Source: Chrysomallon squamiferum (taxonomy: Eukaryota; Animalia; Mollusca). From it: 64,000 bases of DNA. Location: assembly GCA_012295275.1 (NCBI GenBank), contig CM022665.1, positions 29,884,001 through 29,948,000 on the forward strand, given 5' to 3'. A program made the position numbers and the translations under genes. Under the pieces are notes generated by a model, which had not been told where the DNA came from, searched no databases, and worked only from the letters and a program-made list of their open reading frames with translations. Below are positions 23,452 to 36,700 of the stretch, one piece after another (the stretch's first letter is position 1; every line of letters starts with the position of its first letter).

Positions 23452-26400
23452 ATGAAGAAACTGAAAAGTGTTTTTACCAGAGAGAAATGTGGTAATGTCA
23501 AACATTGTTTGAATTCGCTAATGATATTAACCCCGGTTGTACATGAAACCGACTGTAACATCTGATCTTTCTCATTTTGGATGAGAGGACTAAATATCAT
23601 GTCATCTCACTTGATCCGTAATCACTGGATAATTGGTATCATCACAGGGTTCAAGAAGTTTTCTCAATTTAGTGGCAGCAGTTTGTCTCCCCTCCCCACC
23701 AATACTGCTATATCCCCAAATATTTTAAGACAGTTTAGTGTGATTAAAAATAAAAATATGCCTCAGTGTATTGGAATATATTTTGATATGCATATATTGT
23801 TATTTTTTTAATTTTATTTAATACTAGATTATGTTCTTCAAAGTAGTATTCAGTTATTTAATATTATTAGGATTGTATATTTTCTAAATTTATGTTCAGA
23901 TGACGATAGTTTTAGCCAAATGAGCCAGACAAGTAAAATGTACCTGAGACAGGAAGATCTGATGTGTTCTCAGACGGTTGATTCTCAGTGTGAGGTCAGA
24001 TGGGACTGCACATCACCAGATGCCATCCGACACTTGAGGAAAAGTAAAACATATTTATTTTAGTATGTTAAAAATGCCTTCAGTATCAACATTTTAAGTC
24101 ATGCTTATTGCTTATTTTATTAAAAATGTTAATAACCAAAGATACCATAGAATATCTGTAAATTAAAGATATATAGATGATGAAATTAACAAAACTAGTT
24201 ACAGATGAAGCTGTAAAGTAATTATATAGACTTACCTTATTGCTCTGTTTATTTTTTTATGTGTTCTTCATAGGCAGTCTTAATTTAAAATTTAGTTTTT
24301 CTTAAATTAATTGTATTGGATGTGAAATAGTTTATCTTATTACCAACTAATTAATTTTAATATTGACATTTTTCTGTTTTTGATTTTGTCTCAGCTGGAC
24401 AATATATTCCTTAAAAAAATTACATAATAATGATAATAATTAAATAATAGACAGATTATATTCAGGAAGTTTTTATTATTTATCTCACTAATGACCTGTA
24501 AAAAAAAAAAAAAGTTTTATAACATGTTCTAGATAAGTGGTTCTCAACCAGTGTGCCACAAAATTTTGTAGAAAATCCAAACCTCAATTTAATTAGAGAT
24601 CCTTTCATAAACCATTCTTCCATCATTGAACTTGAGTTACAGTTGTCCGCTGTCTATGACTTGCCATGCTTTTATTTTGCAAAATTCAAATATTTTTCAT
24701 ATATATTTAGCCAGGTGTGCCGCTATTTTTTCATGTGTTCCAAGGTGTGCTGTTGGCAAAAAAAGGTTGAGAACCACTGTTATAGATAAAAAAATATATA
24801 CACACACAAACACCAATAAAGACTCTGCATATCTTAATGCTGCTTTGTTAATTAGCATTGTTTTCCTTGTTTCAGTCAAAAAATGCAGAAAAGGAAAAGA
24901 TAACATGTCAGACATTGTTCTCAGATTTTTGGATGATGTAAGTACTGATCTTTAATGATTGTTTCTTAAAATCTGTTTCTGTATGTGTCTTTTCATCTTG
25001 TTGATTACTGAAAGTATGGTTCATGGTCTTTTTTTTTTCTTTTTTTTTTTCCCCACCTGCATTATCATCTTTCATATAATAAATCATTTCTTTATTTGAA
25101 AATGTCAAATTATTTTTAAAAATCAGTCAAAATAAAATTTTGGTAAAAGATAAAACATTTTATTTTAGCATGGTGAAGTATCAACCAATACACCACCTCT
25201 GCTGAGTTTGTGGATGGAGTCAAAAAAAGAAAACACTAAGAAACCTGTTCCTGGTCAAAAAGAAAGAAAAAACCAGAGGTATTATTTTCTTATCATTACT
25301 GACATTATATATAATGGCTATCTGTTTGCTGGTTTCTGAATTTTTGTAACATAACTGTTTTATTTAGTTGGTTGTGGACTTTGGTATATAAAATTTACAT
25401 ACAAAATTCTGAATTTCAATGTGAATGAACACTTTGTCTATCATTGTACTTTAATTTGAAGATTTTGTGAATCTCATGGTTATTTCATTTACAACAACCC
25501 AAACTGAAACAGTTAGTTATTAGTTTATGTATATAAAAATAGTTTTATAAAACATTTGAAGTGTAATAATAATAACAATTTATAATGGAGACACAATTTG
25601 ACAAGACTATATATTTTTATACATGAAAAACATTTGTTTAATAATAATAATAGATTTTAGACTTCATCCATTGACAGTATAACAAGGTTTATATATCATA
25701 TTTCCAAGGAAATGTATTTGTTAAAATTATTTTCAGTACACGTCGCAGACGACGGCCAACTGGTCAGGATGAAAATGAGGCTAAAGCTTTATTACAGAAG
25801 ATGATTGAACAGTGTGAAATCATTGGTATTCACTTGTTTTTATTAAAAGCGAAATCATTCTTGTTTTATAATTTTGGTTCTAATTTGTAAAATTAAGTGA
25901 GATAACAATACATTATGGCCATCAGCAGAAACCTCTGTAATCTTTGGCATATGTGTTAAGTTTATTTACTTGTCATTTATATATTTGTAAGTTTAACATA
26001 TTAGTCTGATCCTAACTGTAATGCTATGGTTTATATTTGAAACAAAAAATAATAGTTACCTTTATTTTTGAATTTTATTTCCAAGTTATTTTGTAAATTA
26101 TTTTCTGATAATTATTAAAGTTTGAAAGATGTATTACTTTTATTATTGTTGAAATTTGATACACCTATTTATTGTAATAAAAAAAAACAACTAAAAATTG
26201 ATATCTATTTACCATCCAAAAACCTTGTAATTATAAGTTATTTTATTTTGAAAATTTATTTTTAATGTTATGTTTACATTTGTGTTTTTGGTCTGGTTTT
26301 CAGAAGAACCCAGCAGTACAAACAGGTAATTATTCTAATTCTACTTTGATAATGAAAACCTAATGCATCTGTTAGTACAAAGATGCCTTTATCTTTCATG

Positions 26401-28783
26401 TTATATTGCTCTTATAAAATTGATAACACAACCAACAAAATATCTAAACTTCTGTATTTTATTAGGATTAATTTTTAAAAAAATTTTTTAAATATTTGTT
26501 TTTACATATATATATATATACCTTTTTAAAATTAATTTATTATTTTATTCTGTAGAACATCAGGAGAACAAACTTGTCTAAAAGGATTATCAGAGGGAAA
26601 AAACTCATCAGTTAAGCATAAATCTCCAAAATGTCAATCAAGATTGAAAGCAGATCCTGGTAGTTTATCTGATAAAGGTGACAATGCAGCTGTTAATGCT
26701 AGTTTAAAAACAGTCCCTTCAGAGAAGCCAGTTGAAGAAGATAAGAAAAATCTAAGTGATGATAACATTTGGCCTGATGATGACCTTTTTGCTGCTGATT
26801 CTTTAATTCTTGAGGCAACACAGCTTCCAGCAGGCAAAAGGAAACTCAATTCTCCAGCCAGAGAACAGCCAAATGTGAAAAATAAACGGTACACCTTTAG
26901 CCTGACAGCTGATTCTGGTGGAGCACCAGCAAAGGCTTCAGTTTCAAATACTTCAAATTCTGTGCAAAATACAACTCTTGTTAAAAAATACTGTAACAGT
27001 GTTTATCAACCAACATCAACTATATCAAATACTACAGCATACAATCCATCATTACAACAAAAGAGTGTTTGTCAACAGAATGTCCATACATCAAACATAT
27101 CGGCAAAAGTTTGTGCTGCAAATAACAACAGTTGGAAAAAACACAGCAGTTTTGATGACAAACCATCTGTTGTTAGAGATTTTTATGGACAATCAGTTCA
27201 TTCTGATTCTAAACAAGGTAAACCTTCCTGGAGAAGAAGTAACAGTTTTTCTGGATTGTCTTCTCCAGCACACAGACAGCCAACATGTACAGTATCCAGA
27301 CCAGAGCCAGTATCCAACAGACATAAAAATACAAAGGTTGAAATAAACAATAATAGGTTAAATGTGACATCTGTGGGTACAACATACATTCAAGATTCTT
27401 GCCAGCCAAAGATATCAGCATCTTGTATCAGCATGTGTGAAAAAGAAGAGAGGACAAAACCACATAGTGACAACCAGTGTAATAATAATGACTGTTTGGA
27501 TACAAGTATTTCTGATGAACTCTTGGCTCAGCTAGCTGAACCAGATGAATTGTTAGAAAGTCAGCTGACACCTAATGATTCACCTCATAAAGTTTCTGAT
27601 GAATTGTATGAGGATGATCTGTTTGATGATGAAATGGATGATGTGATTAGAAGAAAAACAGGTTCTAAGAGAACAATTACCAAGTCAATGAATGCTAAGT
27701 ACAGTGTTAACTATAGTGACAGTAACTCTGACTGTGATAGAAGAAATTATCCCAAATCATCACTTCATGCAAATAAAGTTTTGCCAAAAGATTCCAGTAA
27801 CAAACTACCTCACACCAGTGTTGCTTCAAAGGACAACGTACCCTTACAAGATTCTCAGAATAGGTTTACTTTTAAGAAAACAGTTTCAAAACCAAAGTCA
27901 ACAAATGCTTCAGTAAATGACAGCAGGAGTACCATCTCAGATGTACAGTCTCAGAGTGGACTAAAATCAAATGCACAAAGCATCAGTAATGGTAAGTTGA
28001 AATACTAGCATTCATCATAGCTGAATGTTAAAGATTATAATAATTCCATTATATATGACCACTATATTTCTTTCTTTGTATTTCAGATTATTGTAGATGA
28101 AATCAACTGCTAATATTCAAATATTATATAAAATATGTATGTGTGTGTTTGTGTGTAAATTATTAATGAATACACATATAATTTAACCTACCATCATTAA
28201 TTTTGACATAATAGTATTAAGACTAAGCTTTAAGATAAAACATATGCCTTAAATTAATTAAAAATGAAAATATGAATTGCTGATGAAAGTTAATGAAATG
28301 TTGACAATAATTTATTATTTCAGAATTAGAAAATCATTTTGATCTAGATACTAACGACTCATTTCCTATAGACGATCCTTTGTTTGAAAGTCAGATTCTT
28401 GCATTCCTAGAGCAAGTTGAAAGTAAGTTTTTATATACTGAAATATACTGAAATTAATATCAAGAAAATGTTTGAGAGATATTAACATATGACTGTTTGG
28501 TCCTGCCATCAGGCTAAATTGCTGGTCTGAGCTTAATGTCATTGGTAATCAGCACACTGTATTAATATCTAATACTATATATATATATATTATTATTATT
28601 ATTATTATTATTACAATTTATTTTATAAATGCTAAAGCAATTAAAATTATTTTATAATTGTACATTTCAGCTCAGGAAACTCAGAACAGTTCACAGAATA
28701 ATAAGTGTACTTCTAAAGAAATAGAGCAGAAACGTTTAGCTGCTTTGGAAAAGCAAAAGGTGAAAAAACAAAACAATATATGA
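23452..28783 (+). CDS. ETAA1: ETAA1-like protein (putative RPA-binding ATR activator), 9 coding exons, 704 aa; a possible 10th exon at 29041-29097 gives 715 aa
   Basis: Exons 23452-23491, 23900-24043, 24876-24937, 25169-25278, 25737-25825, 26304-26325, 26556-27991, 28324-28422, 28671-28783 (2115 nt, all phases agree). The N-terminal VRWDCTSP...KKCRKGKDNMSDIVLRF...PPLLSLWM parallels the ETAA1 activation domain. The C-terminal KCTSKEIEQKRLAALEK parallels its RPA32-binding motif. The middle is one large, probably disordered exon, and SQ/TQ sites are frequent. Confidence 0.78.
24535..24779. mobile_element. hAT (Charlie-like) non-autonomous MITE, 245 bp, in ETAA1 intron 2
   Basis: TIRs (A)AGTGGTTCTCAACC and GGTTGAGAACCACTG. 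The 8-bp target-site duplication is TTCTAGAT (24527-24534) / TTATAGAT (24780-24787), one mismatch, and fits the NTCTAGAN preference of Charlie-type hATs. Confidence 0.85.
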
Positions 28784-28826
28784 AATGTTTTGCTTATGTT
28801 TCAAACTTGGTGAAATAACATATAGC

Positions 28827-28971
28827 TGTGAGACGACGGAGTTCAATTCATAAAGGATAGATGTGTTTGCTCACAATATAGATCATTTCAGTCACAGAAA
28901 ATCTTTGACATTTTGTCCTAAACAGACATGTTGTGGAATAGGACAGTCTATAGAAGATTACAGTGACAAGA
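28827..28971 (+). ncRNA. Candidate two-hairpin H/ACA-like RNA at the ETAA1 3' end
   Basis: Hairpin 1 is closed by TGTGAG/CTCACA, followed by H-box AGATCA (28880-28885). Hairpin 2 has nested stems GTCAC/GTGAC, AATCTT/AAGATT, GAC/GTC and TGTCCTA/TAGGACA. ACA lies at 28966-28968. Total length is about 145 nt. Confidence 0.3.
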
Positions 28972-31900
28972 CCGTCATGGTAAATTTTATTAATGAAATT
29001 ATATCATTGATTGATCACGTAGTTATTATATAACTTGTAGAAACAACCAAAATCCAGTGGTTCCAGTTATAAATGTGATTTTTTTATCACTTTTTAATGT
29101 TTGTAAATGTCAGAAATCACACATATGTGATAACATTCATTCCAAACTTTTGATGACATTTTATGAATTTTATTATTTAAAAGATAATTTTTTTAAATTC
29201 ATTATTATTATTATTATTATTATTATATTACTGGATTTAAAAAGCTGTTTGAAAATGCAGGCCTTTTGTATTATTTAAATGTATTGTTCACTAATGCACA
29301 GAACAAATGCCATTTTTTTGGAAGGCAAGCAGTTGTTTATTTGTAATGTCTTCTTTTAAAAAATTAAAAATAATAATAATAATAATTGATATTGAAAATC
29401 ATGAAGCTGAAATAATCTCAAAAAATATTTTGAGCTAATTATGTAGAGCTTTTCTCTATGCTATATTTTTGTTTCTCATTAACAGTTGTTGAAGAAAAAC
29501 AACACAAAAAAATTTAAATGTATTCCTTTGGAATGTTCAGCAAAAGTTATTAAATAGCAAACTACTGTACTTTGGGTTTTGGATAAACTATCAATTTCTG
29601 GTGTAACAAAGTATAACTAAATTTTTGTTTTAGTTTGGTTTTGTATTTGTAATACGGAATAAAATATAGCTACTTTATAAGTGATAAGCTTATAAAGAGT
29701 TAAAAATGGCTTTTTTTTTTTGATGGTCGTTATTCTACATTTAGTTTGATTTGTTGGCAGACACTGCAGAAACATGCTTTGATATTTATAACGATAAAAA
29801 TTGTGTGTTTGTGGATGTCACTAAAGACTAATAAAGACAAAAACAGAATTTTGTAAAAATATTCCATTTTCAGTTAAAGTATGTTTTATTCATGTCTGGT
29901 TGTGATACATGATTTTTCTATGAAATGTACCACACTTTTATGGGTCAGTTTTATAATCAATGAGAATAAATATGATGTATTTGTGAAATGAATTTGTTGT
30001 TTCTCCCAAAATTACAAAATAGGAAATATCCTAATTCCCTTTTCAAAATTATTATTAAATATAATTATTAAAATTAATAATAATGTTTATGATTTAGTTC
30101 TATTTTGTTTAAATACAAATATCAAATTCATAATTGCCATTTTTTTAAGTAATTGAAATTTATAGTGTTTGTTAAATTTTCTTTTTTCATCTTTTTAACA
30201 AGGATTTAAATAGTATCCAAAACTTACAATTTATAATTTATCTTATGTTTTTGTTTTTTTGTGGAAATATTGAAATATGCTGAGAGGGTACCTGACTAAC
30301 TGAAGTCTTGTTATCCTGGTTTATTATTTATAATTTAAATTTCAGAAAGATATTATTTTTAGATGTTCTGTGTGTACCAAAGAAGTAATTTACAACATTT
30401 GATACCTGTTTGCATTACTTTAATTGAAAATTAATTTGTAATAAATATATTATGATCATATGATTTGGTTAAAAAGGAAGAAAGAATAGTAATTAATTCA
30501 ACCAAAATTATTTCCCTAATATGTTTATAATTATTATTAATATTATAAAAACTAACATTTTATTTGTAATGAGGTATTGACTATATTTGTCCTATTAAAA
30601 CAAAAATAAGTAACATAAAAAGAGCTAAACACAAAGACTTTATAAAAATTTATTTAAGCTGTTTAAGAAATTCATGATTCAGAATACAATAACACATTTT
30701 TTGAGCAAAATAAGCCATAGAATAAAAAACCCAATTATAAATAAAAACATTTTTCAAAACATGTCATTCTGATGCAGCAAGGAACTAAACAAAAATAATT
30801 ACACAAACAAAACTGATGTGAAATAATTGGTTAACTGTTATTTAACTGAAAAAAAAAACAAAAAAAAAAAAAAAAAGTTCATTATTTAATAAAAGCGAAT
30901 TTAAAAAATCATAAAACAAAATCAGTAGGACCTCTAGCTATCAAGCATGATTATATATATATATATTAAATGAGATCAATGAATGGAGAATAGAAAAAAA
31001 AAAAATGATGATTATATAGTTAATATTACAAATTAAATGATGCTCTGTATATATATATATATATATATATGTATATAAAAGTATACTAAGAAAATCATTG
31101 CTGATCAATAGACCATAATTATGTATTATAAAATATAAAAAGTTATAAACATTAAGTAATTACATCAATTAATTTGTACATATTAAAACTGATTTTTTTA
31201 TACATTTAAATCAGTAAATGTAATATTGCTATATACATAACATTCAGATATCATTTAAACAAGTTTTACTTGTATAGTGTAATATGCTATAAGCATTACC
31301 ATAAATCATTATATATACACAGCATTTTTGTTGCATAATAGTTGAAGTGTCAAAATGGCCTCTTTTTTTTTAATTAAAGAAAGTATAATATAATAATAAT
31401 AAATAAATAAATTTTAATTTCAAACTCAATACAGTAAAATATTTTAACTGCTGTATATTTAAAAGTGAACAAGTGTATAGACAATGATAAAAAAGTCAGG
31501 TTGTGGTTTTGCATCAAAGCTGCCAGTAAGGTGAATATATTTTAAACTTATAATTAAAATATCAAATAAACATTTTATAATAAATGTATTTCATATTTCA
31601 ACTTTTGCTATACCATTTAATAATTTATTAACTTGTAATAAATGTACTGTATTCTAGATTTAATATTCAGTGACTACTTCTGTGTGTGAATAGATTTATT
31701 TAACAGCACATTAGTGTATTTTAATATTAAATAGTAGGTATAAAACATTTACTATTAGGCAACAGCTTGTTATCAAAACACATGAATGTATGATAGTATG
31801 AACATTACAGGTATATTAAAACAATTATTTGAGTTAATGGAGTAATTAATCAAATCAATTAAGCATTTATAAAGAAAATGTAGATTTTAACATGCAAATT

Positions 31901-33060
31901 TCTATCACTTTCAGAATAAATTTATCTGAAATACTGCAAATATTGCAAATAATAATAATAATAATCTGTTTGAAGTTTGAAACTTTGAATGTATACAAAA
32001 TTTTAAAACATCACAAGAAAGCATATGCTGATGAATAAAAAAAATTCTTGCCCAAAAAAAAAGATTGTGTTGATGGCTACATATAGCTAATTTATTTGGA
32101 TTTCAAATTTCAAACAGATTATTTTATTTATTCTTCCCATCTAGGGAATTGTCATAAAACAAGAAGCAGGATGCTGAATTACTGTCCATGTGAAATAAAT
32201 AATATTAGAAATATCAGAAATATTAAGACCAATGTAAAAATCCTATACTAAGATTTCAATAATGACATTAAAAGTTAAAAAAGATTGATTAAAAAAACAT
32301 CAAAACATTCATTATGTGGGACTTGAAATAATTAACAAATATTTAAACATATTTTATTGACATTACAGAAACACTATATGTGGTTATTAAACAGATACAT
32401 TTATCTTATTCAAACAATTCCTGAGTAACTAATGTCTCCTGATTAAAGACATTCAGCAGTAAATCATCACCAGGTTTATCATGTTTTTGATTAACAAACA
32501 CTTTAATATGGAATGTTCTTGAAAAAGTATGTTTCTTAAAACAGTTTAAATGTACTCAAGCAGTAAACTAGGTAAGAAAATTGTAAAATTTTATATTAAT
32601 TTTCTTTATCTCATTTAAATTTGTAGAAAATAGAATAAACAAAAGAGTGTTTAAATAGTAAAATTAGTTTATGAACATGGAAATTTCACATTTCTCTTCC
32701 TTTAAATTAAATGGAATGAGCATTGCCTATGAAATATAATGGTAAAAAATAACAACTTTTAAAAAATAATCTAGATGTTAAAAATATCGGTGATAAAAAT
32801 ATATTGAAGTAAAAATTTAAAAAAAAACCTTAAAAACAAACTGAAAATGTGTGTGTGTCTGAGTGTTTACATGTATGTGTACATACATATACAAATATTT
32901 ACCATAATCTGTTAACATTATTCAGTAACTGAAATAGTTCAAGATCAGATGGAATGAATGGTAAAGATGAACACATTTCTCTGAAAGAAATTATAATTTT
33001 GCATAAACATCACATACTGCAGTTCAATGAAATTTTAGAATTTGTTGTGCTATGCAGTCT

Positions 33061-33758
33061 TCAAATCTCAGTTTCCACTGAGTCTTGATTCACAGGTTGT
33101 AAATGTCCATCTACATTAAGATGAAGGATTCTGTCTCTTGGAGAACTTCTGTAACTTGGAGGGTACTGTGGTCTCATTTGTCCTGCAGCTGGACGTTGCA
33201 TGTGAGAGCTAGGTGGCATCTGAACTGGTGGAAGTCTGATTTGCCTTGAAGGAATGGTATATTGTTCAATTCTGGGAAGATCATTTTGAGAAGGTTGAAT
33301 TTCGTAACTGGGATAATAAGGAGGTGGACTAACATTTTCCACACTATGAAATGCCTTTGATGCTGCCTGCAGGTTTTCTCTGCTGCGAAAATATGGGGTG
33401 GATTCCAAAAGGTTCTCAACACTATGAAATGGTCTTGACTGATTGTTCTTAATGGATGATATTCGAGGCATAGGCTTCGGTGATTCCTGATACTGAGGCA
33501 TTTGTAAGCTTGAATGAGAGTCATTGTGCAAGTCAGGTGTCATTGATCGTGGTGCTGGGACTGGTTTAGCTGCACGATTAACTTCTGGTTTCTGAAAGCC
33601 TGGAACATTTGCATACCTAGAATCTGCTGGATGACGTGGATCTGGTGGAGGTGTTGGAAGATTTGTCTGTCTGGGAAGAAAAATATTTTCTTTTATGGGA
33701 GTTGTGGGGCTCTCTGGCTGACTGAAACTAGACAAAGATTTACGTACTCCATCACTTT

Positions 33759-33791
<33 letters not shown>

Positions 33792-36700
33792 TTCATTTGG
33801 TACATCATCATAAACCTGAGACGATCCCACCTGCCTAAGATTTCCATTTTGGACTTGAGGAGGTTGTCCTGGTTTACCAAAATTCCTATTACTGTACACC
33901 ACATTAGTTCTACTGCCAGGTGCTATCTTTGCCTTTTCATCACCGTCATCATCAAAATCATCATCAAATGTATCACTTGCAAAACCATCATCATCTTCAT
34001 CTTCCTCTTCTTCATCATAAGCACAATTATTCTGCCCTGAGTGAATTTTTCTCTGCAATTCTGGAGGAGCGTAGTTGTATCTGTGACGATTTCTCTGCAG
34101 CTGTTCCACACTTCCAGTGACTGCTTTAAATTGTTGTTGTGAAGGAATACTTTCCCTGCTGAGATTAACATCATCTGTACTTCTACCTTTCAATATGTGA
34201 GTGGAATGCATACTCCCAACACTACCTGTGATAACACTACCATTTCTTGAAGACATTTTTGCAGATGTCTGTGAGTATTCATCCAATTCATCAATTCGTC
34301 TACGTGATGCAGCACCAGACAGAATTGTTTCTTGAGATTTTGTTCGCAGTGATCGCAGGGATGACCTCATGGATGCTGTCCTCTCAAATCTTTCTTTTTC
34401 ACGTCGGCGTGATTTGATGAGCCACAGAATTGTTATAATGAGAACCACAATGACAATGGTGCCACCAACTCCAACACCTATTCCTATTGCCATGGCTGTA
34501 ATAGTGCTCTGAAGATCTGATGATGGGGCAACATAAGGATCTGTGAAAAAAAAAAAAATATCTGTTAACAGATTTTGTTTATCACTAAATACTGCAATTA
34601 CATATTTTGATTTTTAATTTTTTTTTCAATTTTTTGTTGAATCTCTTAGAAGTAATAATAATGATAATAATAAAAAAAAAAAAAAACTGCCTACTGTTTA
34701 TTATCATTATGAATAAATAATAATACTTTACCTGTTTCACAAATGAATGGATTTAGTATTCTACTGCAGTCTTGTTCTATGATGATATAGTTGCGTTCAA
34801 GAGCTGTGCACCAACCAGACTTTGTGTCACCAGCAACCCATACTTTCCTCTGAGGGTCATAGTTATTCATCATCAGTCGAAGCAAGTAATAGAGGAAATC
34901 CTGACGATTCCTTGATTCTGCCAGGAAAGCTTTATTGTCCTGGTAAGAAAAAAATAAATTAGAATAATTAAAACAGAATTTTAAATATCATTTTTACAAA
35001 AATCACTGAACAAAATTATTTTGTGTCCTATCATAATCCACTGTTGCTGAATTCTTATTTATTTTTAATTTCAAAAGACGGTTATCATTTTAGGCTTCTG
35101 GTTAAAAAAAAAAAATAAATAAATAAATAAAAAGTTTATAATACAGTTATTAGATGTATTATACCTTTGAAAAATGGGATGTGTATACAGCATATATTGA
35201 ATTACAATTTTTATTGTAACCATTATATATTTTAATTATTTATTTAACTATTTCTGTGCCTTTGTTTGATGTCTTTTGTATTTCAGTCAGAAGAAAAGAT
35301 TTTAGTATTTTTGAAATCTTTGGAATATTTTTCTGTGAACTACTACTTACTCTACAAAACTGATTAGCTTCATGGTAAGGCATCGCTCCTCCAATATAGC
35401 GGTAACATCGACCTGTGTCCAGTTTCCAGCCTGGTGCACAATTACCTTTAACAAATATATATATTATAACCCAACATGCTATTGAACTGATTATATACTG
35501 TGTGGTGTATCATATATACAGTGTATACATATGGATATTGTGTGTGTATTGTGTATAATATTTATATGTTGTATGTCTCTTGTGTATATTGTGTAATGTA
35601 TGTATGTACCTTACTGCAGTTGATCATAGAATAACATGTACATTTTATTTATTATAACAGACAGTAAATAAAATTGTTTCCAAGTTATTTTACCATCAAC
35701 AACTGATCTGTTATCCAGTTTGGGTGGATCAAAATTCACTTGAGACAATTTTGAATCATCATCAAAGTCCCAGATTTTTCCATTGATGAAACCGTAGCGA
35801 TCTGATCCCCACCAGTTCTGAGTGGCATTGATTTTACTTGCCAGATGGCTAGAAATAAATTTAGTAATAATAATAATAGTTGTTGTAGGAGTAGTAGCAG
35901 TAATTATAGCAGTAATATTAATATATATAGAGGTGGTGGTAGTAATAGTATTAGTAACAGTAGTACAGATGTAGTGATAGTAATAACAATAATAATGTTA
36001 GGATTAAATAAATCAATAGCATTAATGAACTTTGTATCAAATTTTTAATTTTATTTTACTGACATTTTAATTTTTAACTATTTATAATAAAAGCTTTTAA
36101 AAAAGGAAAAAGGAAAATAGAAAGTAACAACTTACAAAACATTGTCATCAGCTTCCATTTCAAAGTCATTCAAAACATTGAGGATGTAATTATGCATGAA
36201 CAGAGGTCTGCCACTTCCCACTTTAATAGTACTCTGATACAATGCTGTTGAGTTGTTGTCATTGAAGCCATTTCTCACATATTCCTGTCGAGCCTCTGCT
36301 AGAGGAAGGTTGTAAGCAGCAAGGATGTAATGTCCAATATTATTGGCAACAACATTATAGGTAAAGTTGACAACAACATCTTTGATATGGACAACATCTC
36401 TGAAATCACCTGTAGTGTAGTTGTAAAAAAAGTTCTGATAAATGAGTATCTTCTCATAATAATGACCAGATATGTTGAGAGCTTCACCATTTGTTCCATA
36501 AGCAAACAGGTTGTTGGTGATGTTGCCATGTAGAGCTGTAGCAACAGTTTTCGTGAAAGCAGACAAGTACATTCCACCTTTGTTTCTGCCAATGTAGTTG
36601 TGACTGAAATCAAAAATGGCTGTTCCTTGGAGAGAGATGTCCACTGTTGGAGGGGATGTCAAGTTGAGTATCGCAATGCCATTGTTGACAATGTAGCACT

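Noticed and set aside
23439-23909. In-frame TGA at the ETAA1 exon 1/2 junction as selenocysteine
   Set aside because: Another TGA and a TAG follow immediately. The conserved motifs are in the frame starting at 23452.
33729-33748. A 20-nt GT...AG 'intron' (GTACGTAAATCTTTGTCTAG, minus strand) that would repair the bark frameshift
   Set aside because: It is far below the workable animal intron size, and a 1-nt homopolymer indel is simpler.
35490-35995. TGTA-rich and (AGT/AAT)-rich tracts in bark introns, and ORF 35845-36048
   Set aside because: They are simple low-complexity sequence with no higher-order structure.
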